Assembly: GCA_029560465.1 (NCBI GenBank)
Contig: JAKQKX010000016.1
Location: 1,248-65,247, forward strand
Source of the DNA: Candidatus Omnitrophota bacterium
GTDB taxonomy: Bacteria > Omnitrophota > Gorgyraeia > Zapsychrales > JANLHA01
Direction: 5' to 3'
DNA: 64,000 nucleotides
Made by a program: the position numbers and the translations under genes. Positions 18,958-27,677 of this stretch are shown one piece after another. Under the pieces are notes generated by a model. The model had not been told where the DNA came from. It did no database searches and saw only the letters and a program-made list of their open reading frames with translations. Within the stretch, counting starts at the first letter, position 1, and the number at the start of each line of letters is the position of its first letter.

Positions 18958-19152
18958 ATGAAGTTCTCCCGGGGACGAACCCGGGAGACGGGAGAGGAGG
19001 CGATCTGCGGTATGTGGGTGATCGTTATGCTTGTGCTTTTGGCCGGGACATCTTTTTTGATGTTCAAAAAATATTATTGGTCAAAAGTATTTTATACGAA
19101 AGAATCTCTTATTACGATCCTGAAAAAAGAGCATGAAGGGGCGGGATATTAA
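18958..19152 (+). CDS. Possible small single-TM membrane protein
   Basis: 64-aa ORF with one hydrophobic helix (MWVIVMLVLLAGTSFLMF). A strong hairpin (18966-18987) overlaps its 5' end, so coding status is uncertain. Confidence 0.25.
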   Translation: MKFSRGRTRETGEEAICGMWVIVMLVLLAGTSFLMFKKYYWSKVFYTKESLITILKKEHEGAGY

Positions 19153-19319
19153 AACGGCCGTCTGTGTTACAGGAGGGCGGAACGGGGCAGGACGGAGAAA
19201 TGAGCCCCGATCGGTGCCCTGAAAATCTTTTCCCTTTGCGGGCGCAATGCTTTATAATAAGCTCATTTCTAGGGAAGCATAAGGCCGCTGCAGGGACCAA
19301 TTAAAACGGAGGTAAAAAG

Positions 19320-21425
19320 ATGGAAGAACGGTGCGAACAATCAGCAGGGCAAGCAGTATCTGATATTTACGGCCAGAATGTTTTTAGCCTTAAAGTCATG
19401 CGTAATTATCTTTCGGAGAAGGCGTTTCAGTCTTTGAGCAAGACAATCAAAGACGGGGGGCCGCTTGATCCCGGCATCGCGGATGAGGTGGCGGACGCGA
19501 TGAAGACCTGGGCGGTGTCCAAGGGCGCCACGCATTTTACTCATTGGTTTCAGCCGTTAACCGGAACGACCGCGGAAAAACATGATTCCTTCATTGTCCC
19601 GGACGGCGAGGGCGGTGTCCTTTTGGACTTTTCCGGCAAGGAATTGATCCAGGGCGAGCCGGACGCTTCCAGTTTTCCATCTGGAGGGCTGCGATGGACT
19701 TTTGAAGCCCGGGGGTATACCGGTTGGGACCCGACGAGCCCGGCTTTTATTAAAGAAGGGCCGCAATGCGCCACGCTGTGCATTCCAACGTATTTTATCG
19801 GGTGGAACGGCGAGGCGTTGGATAAAAAGACTCCGCTGTTGCGGTCCATGAAAGCGCTCTCCAAACAGGTTTGCCGCTTGGCCGAATTGTTCGGCATTGA
19901 AACCAAGGGCAAGCAGGCCTATGCCACTTTGGGCGGTGAGCAGGAGTATTTTCTCATCGACCGTGAGTATTATTTGCAGCGCATTGACCTTATCCAGACG
20001 GGCCGCACGCTTTTTGGAAAGGAGCCGGCCAAGCATCAGCAGATGGCTGACCATTATTTCGGCGCCATCAAGAGCCGCATTATGGGGTTCATGGAAGATT
20101 TTGACCGGGAGATGTGGAGGCTCGGGGTTCCCACCAAGACACGCCATAACGAGGTGGCTCCCGGGCAATATGAGGTCGCGCCGATTTTTGAAAGCCTGAA
20201 CCTCGCGGTGGACCACAACATGCTGTGCATGGAGGTCATGAAACGGGTGGCCGAGGAGCATGATTTGGTCTGCCTCCTGCATGAAAAGCCGTTCGCCGGC
20301 ATTAACGGTTCCGGGAAGCACAATAACTGGGCTATTGTGGGACCCGACGGGAAGAACTGGCTGGATCCAGGGGCGAGCCCGCATGAAAACGCCAAATTCC
20401 TGGTCACCCTGTGCGCGGTGATTAAAGCCGTGGACACCTATGCCGGCGTGTTGCGTTCTTCGGTGGCGACCGCGGGCAATGATCACCGGCTGGGATCGCA
20501 TGAGGCACCTCCGGCGATTATTTCGATTTTCCTCGGCGAACAGCTTACGGATATTATTGAACAGATTGAGAAGGGGGAGGCCAAACGCTCCAAGTCCGGC
20601 GGTGTCCTTGAGATCGGGGTGGATTCTTTGCCAAACCTTCCGCGCCACGCGACCGACCGGAACCGCACGTCGCCGTTCGCTTTCACCGGGTCCAAGTTCG
20701 AGTTCCGGGCCGTGGGGTCTAACATGAGCTTGGCTGGCCCGAACATTATCCTCAACACGATCGTGGCCGACGCTATCGGCGATATTTGTTCTCAGCTGGA
20801 AAAAGACCTGGCCGCGAAAAAGGATTTTAACGCGTCTTTGCAAAAAGTTTTGAAGAACATCATTAAAACGCACAAACGGATTATTTTCAACGGGGACAAC
20901 TACACGGAAGCCTGGGTCAAGGAAGCCGCTCAACGGCAGCTCCCGAATCTTAAAAACACGCCGGAAGCCCTGGCCGTGATGAGCAACCCGGGGGTGGCCG
21001 CGCTTTTTGAACGGCATGGCGTTTTAACGAGAAAAGAGTTGGCGTCCCGCAACGACGTGTATCTTGAGGCCTACAACACGACCATTGATTATGAAGCCAA
21101 GCTTTCCGTGGACATGGTCAAGACCCTGATTATGCCCGGGGTGTTTAATTACCAGGAAGAGCTGGCGTGCAGCATTAAATCGACGGAGGCGGTCAATAAG
21201 TTTAAATCCACGGCGGCCCGCAAACTGCTCACGGAAATCACCCGGGAGTCGGAGGCGGCGTTGAAGAAGACAGACAAACTCCAGTCCGCCATCGCGAAAG
21301 GAGCCGCTTTAAAGACCAAGGCCGCCATGGAGGATTTGCGCGTCACGATTGATACCCTGGAAGGGCTTGTTCCGGCTGATTATTGGCCGTTACCCTCTTA
21401 CGCGGAAATGCTGTTTATTGTTTAA
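19320..21425 (+). CDS. glnN: Glutamine synthetase, type III (GlnN-like)
   Basis: 701 aa, the size of GSIII. GS active-site-like motif NGSGKHNNWAI. RBS ggaggt. Immediately downstream of amtB-glnB-amtB. Confidence 0.8.
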   Translation: MEERCEQSAGQAVSDIYGQNVFSLKVMRNYLSEKAFQSLSKTIKDGGPLDPGIADEVADAMKTWAVSKGATHFTHWFQPLTGTTAEKHDSFIVPDGEGGVLLDFSGKELIQGEPDASSFPSGGLRWTFEARGYTGWDPTSPAFIKEGPQCATLCIPTYFIGWNGEALDKKTPLLRSMKALSKQVCRLAELFGIETKGKQAYATLGGEQEYFLIDREYYLQRIDLIQTGRTLFGKEPAKHQQMADHYFGAIKSRIMGFMEDFDREMWRLGVPTKTRHNEVAPGQYEVAPIFESLNLAVDHNMLCMEVMKRVAEEHDLVCLLHEKPFAGINGSGKHNNWAIVGPDGKNWLDPGASPHENAKFLVTLCAVIKAVDTYAGVLRSSVATAGNDHRLGSHEAPPAIISIFLGEQLTDIIEQIEKGEAKRSKSGGVLEIGVDSLPNLPRHATDRNRTSPFAFTGSKFEFRAVGSNMSLAGPNIILNTIVADAIGDICSQLEKDLAAKKDFNASLQKVLKNIIKTHKRIIFNGDNYTEAWVKEAAQRQLPNLKNTPEALAVMSNPGVAALFERHGVLTRKELASRNDVYLEAYNTTIDYEAKLSVDMVKTLIMPGVFNYQEELACSIKSTEAVNKFKSTAARKLLTEITRESEAALKKTDKLQSAIAKGAALKTKAAMEDLRVTIDTLEGLVPADYWPLPSYAEMLFIV

Positions 21426-21451
21426 TGCGGGGATATTCTTGAGACTCATAC

Positions 21452-21498
21452 CCTTGGGGCCGACGCGTTGTGCCGTCGTCCCCAAGGTCTTTTTTTAT
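21452..21498 (+). terminator. Rho-independent terminator after glnN
   Basis: 14-bp stem (ccttggggccgacg / cgtcgtccccaagg, one mismatch) with 8-nt loop, followed by tcttttttt. Confidence 0.7.
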
Positions 21499-21505
21499 AT
21501 CTATT

Positions 21506-22216
21506 ATGATTTTATATATCAAACATATTGCTTTGGAAGGGCCGGAAACCCTGGGGACATTTTTGGCGCAGCAGGGGTTTTCTTCTAAGACGATTGAGGT
21601 CTGGCGCGGAGACCCCCTTCCGGAAGACCTGTCCGGGATCCAGGCGGTTGTGTGCCTGGGCGGCCCGATGAATGTTTATGAGGAAGAACAATATCCTTTT
21701 TTGAAACGGGAGGATTCTTTGATCCGGAAGGTCCTTGAGGAAGACGTGCCGTTCTTGGGGATTTGCCTGGGTTCCCAGCTTCTCGCAAAAGCCAACGGGG
21801 CCAGGGTGTCCCGGGCCAGGGAAGAGGAAATCGGGTTTTCTCAGGTCCGCCTGACGGAGGAGGGGATGCGGGACCCATTGCTGAAAGGGGTCCCGCCTGA
21901 CATGGAGGTGTTTCAGTGGCACGGGGACACTTTTGATATCCCTGCCCAAGCCGCCTGGTTGGCCCGGGGGGCTGTTTGCCCTCATCAGGCTTTCCGGGTG
22001 GGACGCTGTGCGTACGGGGTTCAGTTTCATGTTGAGATAACGGGAAAGAATATCCAGGAATGGGCCGAGGCTTATCTGGATTTAAGCACAGCGGCTCATC
22101 GGCTGAAAAAAGACGTCTTGCTGACGCGGTATGCGCAAAGAAAAGAAAAGTTCCACCAGACAGCGGAACAGATATATAATAATTTTTCGAAAATCATCAC
22201 CGGACATCGGCGTTAG
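21506..22216 (+). CDS. Class I glutamine amidotransferase (GATase1-like)
   Basis: MILYIKHIALEGPETLG... (MKILIIQHI.CEGPG-type N-terminus). Catalytic Cys in FLGICLGSQLLA. The ORF track start 21470 is probably too far upstream. Confidence 0.75.
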   Translation: MILYIKHIALEGPETLGTFLAQQGFSSKTIEVWRGDPLPEDLSGIQAVVCLGGPMNVYEEEQYPFLKREDSLIRKVLEEDVPFLGICLGSQLLAKANGARVSRAREEEIGFSQVRLTEEGMRDPLLKGVPPDMEVFQWHGDTFDIPAQAAWLARGAVCPHQAFRVGRCAYGVQFHVEITGKNIQEWAEAYLDLSTAAHRLKKDVLLTRYAQRKEKFHQTAEQIYNNFSKIITGHRR

Positions 22217-22260
22217 GGGCCCGGATGCAGGACGGTTTATAAACTTAAAAGGACGGGCGT

Positions 22261-23940
22261 ATGATACGTTTGGCGTTGGCGCAGATCAATTCCGTGGTGG
22301 GGAACCTGGAGGGCAACCGTCGGAAAATTTTGCAATACATCCACCAGGCTCAGGACCTTTCCGCGGATTTGGTTGTTTTTCCCGAGCTGGCTGTTTGCGG
22401 TTATCCGCCGGAAGACCTGTTGTTTAAGGATCATTTTGTCCAGGATAACTTGAAGACGTTGAGGGCGTTAAGCCGGGAGATCAACGGCATCACCGTGATC
22501 CTCGGGTTTGTTGACCGGGATAAGAAAGGAAATATTTTTAACGCGGCCGCGTTGGTTCAGGACCGGACGGTACGCGGGATTTATCATAAGCAGGAGCTTC
22601 CGAATTATGGCGTTTTTGATGAAAAGCGTTATTTTATGCCCGGCAGGGAAACTTTATGTTTCCGCCAGAATGGCATCGTTTTCGGAGTTAGTATCTGTGA
22701 AGATATCTGGCGGCACGGACCACTTTTAGAGAAGCAGATCAAGCAAAAGCTTCCGATGATTGTGAACCTTTCGGCGTCTCCTTACGATTATGGCAAGCTT
22801 GAACGGCGTGAGAAACGGTTAAAAGACCGCGCCCGGCAGATGCAGGCCTATGTTTGTTACACGAACCTTGTCGGCGGGCAGGATGAGCTGGTCTTTGACG
22901 GGGGCAGCATGGTGATCAATCCGCAGGGCCGTGTGATCGCCAACGCCAAGCCCTTTGAGGAGGACTTGGTCGTCCTGGACCTTCCCCTTGTCCCCCCGGG
23001 GAAAAAATCCCGGGCGCCCCGGGGGTGCATTGATCTTGGGGTGAAAACTCAAACGTTAAAATGCGCCCTGACTCCCCATAAGGAACGGCGGCTGCCTCCG
23101 TTGGAACGTGTTTACCGGGCGCTTGTTTTGGGTACGAGGGATTATGTCCGGAAAAACGGGTTTAAGAAAGTGCTCATCGGCTTGAGCGGCGGCATCGACT
23201 CGTCTCTGGTCGCGGCTTTGGCCGCGGAGGCGGTCGGCTGCGAGAACGTGGTCGGCGTTTCCATGCCATCGCAATACACATCGGATGGGACGCGGGCCGA
23301 CGCCCGGATTCTTGCGCAAAATTTGAAGATTAGTTTTAAAGAGATCCCTATCGACCATATCTTCCAGACGTATTTAGATGACCTGTCCCCGGAGTTCGCG
23401 GGTTTGCCTTTTGACGTGGCCGAGGAAAACCTCCAGGCCAGGATCCGGGGGAATATCCTGATGAAATTTTCCAACAAATTCGGCTGGTTGGTGTTAAATA
23501 CCGGGAACAAGAGCGAAATCGCCGTGGGATATTGCACCCTGTACGGTGACCTGGCGGGCGGCTTCGCGGTGATCAAAGATATCCCGAAGACCCAGGTTTT
23601 TCAACTGGCGCGATTTATCAACGAGAGAGAAAAAGTGATCCCGGACAGCGTTTTGGCGCGGGCGCCGTCCGCGGAATTGCGCTATAACCAGACAGACCAG
23701 GATACTTTGCCGCCGTACCCCGAACTGGATGCCGTGCTTAAGGGATATGTGGAAGAGCATCTCTCCGCAGTCCAATTGCAAAAGATTTGCCGGGACAAGG
23801 AAAAGATTAAAGATATTATCATCAAGGTGGATAAGAGCGAATATAAGCGCCGGCAATCGCCGCCGGGCATAAAAATTTCGACGCGGGCGTTTGGCAAAGA
23901 TTGGCGTTTGCCGATTACAAACGGCTATCGGGAAGATTAA
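22261..23940 (+). CDS. nadE: Glutamine-dependent NAD+ synthetase (CN-hydrolase + NAD synthase domains)
   Basis: 559 aa. N-terminal nitrilase-like domain (MIRLALAQINSVVGNLEGN...VVFPELAVCGYPPEDL). C-terminal PP-loop SGGIDSS of NAD synthetase. Confidence 0.9.
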   Translation: MIRLALAQINSVVGNLEGNRRKILQYIHQAQDLSADLVVFPELAVCGYPPEDLLFKDHFVQDNLKTLRALSREINGITVILGFVDRDKKGNIFNAAALVQDRTVRGIYHKQELPNYGVFDEKRYFMPGRETLCFRQNGIVFGVSICEDIWRHGPLLEKQIKQKLPMIVNLSASPYDYGKLERREKRLKDRARQMQAYVCYTNLVGGQDELVFDGGSMVINPQGRVIANAKPFEEDLVVLDLPLVPPGKKSRAPRGCIDLGVKTQTLKCALTPHKERRLPPLERVYRALVLGTRDYVRKNGFKKVLIGLSGGIDSSLVAALAAEAVGCENVVGVSMPSQYTSDGTRADARILAQNLKISFKEIPIDHIFQTYLDDLSPEFAGLPFDVAEENLQARIRGNILMKFSNKFGWLVLNTGNKSEIAVGYCTLYGDLAGGFAVIKDIPKTQVFQLARFINEREKVIPDSVLARAPSAELRYNQTDQDTLPPYPELDAVLKGYVEEHLSAVQLQKICRDKEKIKDIIIKVDKSEYKRRQSPPGIKISTRAFGKDWRLPITNGYRED

Positions 23941-23982
23941 GGGCAACAAATTATTTGCAATCAGAAGTTTCTGCGTCATAAT

Positions 23983-24020
23983 AAGGGCAGGCTTAAAAGC
24001 CTGCCCTTATGTTATTTCCA
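23983..24020 (+). terminator. Rho-independent terminator after nadE
   Basis: aagggcaggc-ttaaaa-gcctgccctt followed by a T-rich tract. Confidence 0.6.
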
Positions 24021-24118
24021 ACTGTCGGGGGCTAGTGCCTCGATGCGTTCCGGGAGGAATAAAGATTAAAATTTAATCGCTAAAAATGTGGAGTCAAGAC
24101 AGAATAAAGGAGGTCCCT

Positions 24119-24592
24119 GTGAAAAGATGGTGTGTGCTCGTTGGATTTTTGTTGTGTGTTTTAGGCTGTGAACAGAAAAAAGAAGTCAGAATTGATATCC
24201 CCGCCCCGAATCCGGATAAGCATGATTTTATGAAAGAAGGGGTTGATTACTTGCAGGAAGCCAAAATCCCGGAAGCGATCCGGAGTTTTGACGAAGCGAT
24301 TAAGCAGAATCCGGTTGACCCGCAGCCCTATATGGTGCTGGGCCAGACGTATATGCGCATTAATGATTATACCCGGGCGATCGATACCTTTTCAGCGGCG
24401 CTGCGGGTTTCTCCTGATAAAGGGGAATTGCATTATTTGATCGCGCTGAACTACCGGCTCCTGGGGGAAATGGACTTGGCCCGCAAGAACGCGGAAATAA
24501 GCATTGAAATGTTCCGTCAAAAACAGGATGAAAAGAATTTCCTGTTGGCCTTGACCCTGCTGCAGAGCCTGTCGCAGGAACAGGAGGAATAA
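24119..24592 (+). CDS. TPR-repeat lipoprotein
   Basis: Likely GTG start 9 nt after AGGAGG. Lipobox LLCVLGC. TPR helices (AIRSFDEAIKQNPVDPQPYMVLGQTYMRINDYTRAIDTFSAALRVSP). Confidence 0.65.
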   Translation: MKRWCVLVGFLLCVLGCEQKKEVRIDIPAPNPDKHDFMKEGVDYLQEAKIPEAIRSFDEAIKQNPVDPQPYMVLGQTYMRINDYTRAIDTFSAALRVSPDKGELHYLIALNYRLLGEMDLARKNAEISIEMFRQKQDEKNFLLALTLLQSLSQEQEE

Positions 24593-24596
24593 CGCA

Positions 24597-25070
24597 TTGG
24601 GCAGAAGGCACCGCATGACCTCCTTTTTTTCTTTTTTGACCTTTGTCCTGGTTCTGTCGCCGGCTATGATTCTTTTCCCTTCCTCCTGCGCGTGCTCCGA
24701 GGCCCCGCCGGACAGCAAAGAAATATTGTACAATTTACGGTTAAAACAGGAAGATATCCGGGATATTTACCTGAAGAAAAGACAGGAATTAGCCGGGGAT
24801 TTTCAGGAAAAGCTCCAAGAGCTCCGTGCGGAAGGGCACGACTCGGAAGCTATCCGGGCCGCGATGGAAGATTATAAGTATCAGCAGCGGTCTCTTAAGG
24901 CGGCGTATCGGAAAGTCATGAAGGAGACTCAGTCGAAAATCAACGCCCTGAAAATGAAAGACGGGGGATATTCTTCAGACGTGTCCGTCATTCAGCTTTT
25001 GCAGCCCAAGGTGGATACGTATTGCCCGCCGACTTTATACGAAAGAGTGTTGTTGAATATCAGGTGTTGA
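24597..25070 (+). CDS. Hypothetical secreted/coiled-coil protein
   Basis: 157 aa. Hydrophobic N-terminus and charged helical region. No recognisable catalytic motif. Confidence 0.5.
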   Translation: MGRRHRMTSFFSFLTFVLVLSPAMILFPSSCACSEAPPDSKEILYNLRLKQEDIRDIYLKKRQELAGDFQEKLQELRAEGHDSEAIRAAMEDYKYQQRSLKAAYRKVMKETQSKINALKMKDGGYSSDVSVIQLLQPKVDTYCPPTLYERVLLNIRC

Positions 25071-25119
25071 GGGCGGCCCGGGCCATGCGGGACGGAGTGG
25101 GTTTTGAACCGTTAAACGC

Positions 25120-25452
25120 GTGATGAAATATACAATTGAAAATATATTATCCGGGTTCCCGGATTCAAGCCGGGAAGAAAAATTCACGAGCCTTTTGAAG
25201 ACCCGGGAGTTTTTGCTGGAGCGCATTGTTTCCTCGGGACAAATTACGCCGCCGGGGGAATGGCTTTCGCAGGAGAAGCATGAATGGGTGCTGCTGTTAA
25301 AAGGCCGGGCGCGGCTGCGTTTCCGAGAGGCGGATGGCCTCTGTCAGATGGAACCCGGAGACGCGGTGTTGATCCCGGCCGGGTGTTTTCACCGGGTCGA
25401 GTGGACTGACCCGGGCCAAAAAACCGTATGGTTAGCCCTGCATTACGCATGA
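25120..25452 (+). CDS. Cupin-domain protein
   Basis: 110 aa. Cupin-like motif GDAVLIPAGCFHRVEW. Confidence 0.6.
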   Translation: MMKYTIENILSGFPDSSREEKFTSLLKTREFLLERIVSSGQITPPGEWLSQEKHEWVLLLKGRARLRFREADGLCQMEPGDAVLIPAGCFHRVEWTDPGQKTVWLALHYA

Positions 25453-27641
25453 TCCTTTTTTTTGCCCTCGCGGTTATCTCGACCCTTTCGGCGTTTCCAT
25501 CGTTTTTGTCCTGTTACGGGTTCTGGCCGGCCGCCTGGTTTTGCCTGGTCCCTTTGTTTTTTTTCTTGGGCCTTTTCAGCGACCCGTGGCGCCGGGTTTT
25601 GGCCGGCGGTTTTTTCGGGATTTGTTTTTATGCGCTTTTGGTGAGGTGGTTTGTCCCTTATAGCCTGCCGGGATATTTATTTTTTGTCCTTTTATTGAGT
25701 GTTCAACCCCTGATTTTCGCGGGATTTTTTCTCCCGCCGTTTCAGCCCAGGATGTTCCGGCTTTTTTATTGGCCGGCTTTGTGGACAGCGAGTGAATATG
25801 CCCGGCGGATTATCATGCGGGGATTTTCCTGGGACCTCGGTTGTTCCCAGGCATTTAACGGGCATATTCTGCAGTGGGCCAGCTTGGGTGGCTCGGGCCT
25901 GATTTCATTTCTTTTGGTCTTGTGTAACACCTGTTTTTATGAGGCGGTGCGGGCACGGAAGCAACGGTTGTTTTATATCAGGGCGCTGGTCGCGGTGAAC
26001 CTGCTGGCCTGGGCCGGGGGGGCGGCGCAGTATTATTTTTATCCCGGCGCAAGGAGCCCGCGGCGACTGTTGCGCGCAGCCGTCGTGCAAGCGGCCGTGG
26101 ACCCTCGAGAAAAACTCGATACCTGGCGGGTGAACCGGATCGTGGAGTCTCACGTCCGCTTGTCGTCTTCGCTTCCTCCCTCGGCCTCCGCAGAGATCAT
26201 TATTTGGCCGGAGACCGCGGTCCCGCAGGATCTCCGGCAGGACCCGTTTTTAAAGAAAAGGGTTGTTGATCTGTGCCGGAACCAGGGGGCGGGCGTGTTA
26301 ACTGGGATGGCGTGGGAGGATGAGGTAGGCCGTTTGTATAACGGGGCGGCCTGGGTCAGCCCTGAGGGGGCCATCCTGGAAATTTACCGTAAGAAATATT
26401 TGGTCCCTTTCAGCGAAGAACAGCCCTGGTCCGGGCCGCTCGGGGCGGTTTTAGAAAAAAGCCGGGGCAAGGACGCGTATCATTTCTCCCGGGGGCAGGG
26501 GTTGGGCGTGCTGCCGTTGTCTTCTATCCGCCCGGGCCTTGCCGGTTCCCTGGGCGTGGCAATTTGTTCGGAAGACACAATCAGCGCTCTTTTCCGCCGC
26601 TACGCGCGCGCCGGCGTCGGGTTGATGGTTGTGCTTTTAAACGACGGCTGGTTTAAAGATCCGGCCGCCCTGGTTCAGCACGCGCAGAATTCGATCCTGC
26701 GGGCGGTGGAAACCCGTTGCCCGGTCCTGCGGGCCACGAACAGCGGGTGGACCTGTTTGATCGATCCCCTCGGGCGCGTACACACTCCTTCGGGGGTGGA
26801 ATGGATGAAGGCTGGCGCCGGGATCATCAATTTCGACGCGTTTTCCGGACAGCCCCCTTATGTTTTTATTGGAGACACCTTTTGCATTTTATCAGCAGCG
26901 TTTGTTATAATAAGCCTGCTTTTATCCAAAATAAGGGGGCTATCAAAGGATTTTGTTATGAAAGTGTTTTTATGTTTATTGGGGATTTCTCTTGGGGTTT
27001 TGGGGTGCCCTTTGTTGTGTGAAGCCGGAGGGGTGGCGGCCCGGAAACAGCAGGGGGTCCGGGTGCGCCCCCAGATTCAGGTCCAACCGTCTGCGCCGGG
27101 CCGCTCCGGGGTTTGGCCGGCATCCGCGCCCGGGAGCCCGGCTGAAGACACGGCTGGGAAACAAGCGGCCCCGACGCCGTCATTGATCCCGAAACAGTCT
27201 TATCCGGAGAGCCGGGTCCTGACCAGCGCGCCGGGATACTCCGGCGCGGGCGGCTTTGATTCCGGGCGTGGCGCGCCGGGAGCGGATATGACCGCGGAAG
27301 AAAGCCTGATGCAGCTTTTGGCCGTGCTTGAGGAGTCCAGTGGAATCTGGATAAAAATCAGCGATGTTAATTATAAAAATCTGGTTGTTTCCCAGCATAT
27401 CGAACGTTACCGGCAGGAAGGGGTGCTGATCCGTAAACCCGCGGCGTATTATGCGCAGTTTATCACCACCATGGGGGAGGGGAACCCGGCGCTTTTATCC
27501 CGGCCGTTTTCAGAGCTTTTGCGGCTGGCCGCGATCATGGAATATGATTTTGAAAACGGGCAAAACAAAGACGCGATGGCGCGCTCGGTTCTCGGCGATG
27601 ATATGTATAAAGTCAACAGGAAACGGCTCGGTATGCCATGA
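25428..27641 (+). CDS. lnt: Apolipoprotein N-acyltransferase (Lnt) with ~250-aa C-terminal extension (extra TM, Pro/Ala/Gly-rich linker, conserved ~115-aa domain)
   Basis: N-terminal polytopic region followed by a CN-hydrolase domain (IIIWPETAVPQDL...; AICSEDTISALFRRYARAGVGLMVVLLNDGWF). After the usual last TM, the same ORF continues without a stop. The continuation is MKVFLCLLGISLGVLGC (lipobox-like), then a PAPG-rich linker, then a domain ~40% identical to the C-terminus of the 29386-30030 protein. Confidence 0.85.
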   Translation: MVSPALRMILFFALAVISTLSAFPSFLSCYGFWPAAWFCLVPLFFFLGLFSDPWRRVLAGGFFGICFYALLVRWFVPYSLPGYLFFVLLLSVQPLIFAGFFLPPFQPRMFRLFYWPALWTASEYARRIIMRGFSWDLGCSQAFNGHILQWASLGGSGLISFLLVLCNTCFYEAVRARKQRLFYIRALVAVNLLAWAGGAAQYYFYPGARSPRRLLRAAVVQAAVDPREKLDTWRVNRIVESHVRLSSSLPPSASAEIIIWPETAVPQDLRQDPFLKKRVVDLCRNQGAGVLTGMAWEDEVGRLYNGAAWVSPEGAILEIYRKKYLVPFSEEQPWSGPLGAVLEKSRGKDAYHFSRGQGLGVLPLSSIRPGLAGSLGVAICSEDTISALFRRYARAGVGLMVVLLNDGWFKDPAALVQHAQNSILRAVETRCPVLRATNSGWTCLIDPLGRVHTPSGVEWMKAGAGIINFDAFSGQPPYVFIGDTFCILSAAFVIISLLLSKIRGLSKDFVMKVFLCLLGISLGVLGCPLLCEAGGVAARKQQGVRVRPQIQVQPSAPGRSGVWPASAPGSPAEDTAGKQAAPTPSLIPKQSYPESRVLTSAPGYSGAGGFDSGRGAPGADMTAEESLMQLLAVLEESSGIWIKISDVNYKNLVVSQHIERYRQEGVLIRKPAAYYAQFITTMGEGNPALLSRPFSELLRLAAIMEYDFENGQNKDAMARSVLGDDMYKVNRKRLGMP

Positions 27642-27677
27642 GAGGCCCGGAGGGGGGCAGGAAAGGATGAGTTTCGC

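Noticed and set aside
19557-21017. 486-aa minus-strand ORF
   Set aside because: It lies entirely antisense to the type III glutamine synthetase gene, which has clear GS motifs. The translation is Arg/Pro/Gly-rich with low complexity and no motifs, as expected for spurious antisense ORFs in GC-rich coding DNA.
25428-27641. Splitting the Lnt ORF into lnt plus a separate downstream lipoprotein gene
   Set aside because: There is no stop codon between the Lnt core and the extension in this sequence, so it is reported as a fusion. An assembly frameshift cannot be excluded.
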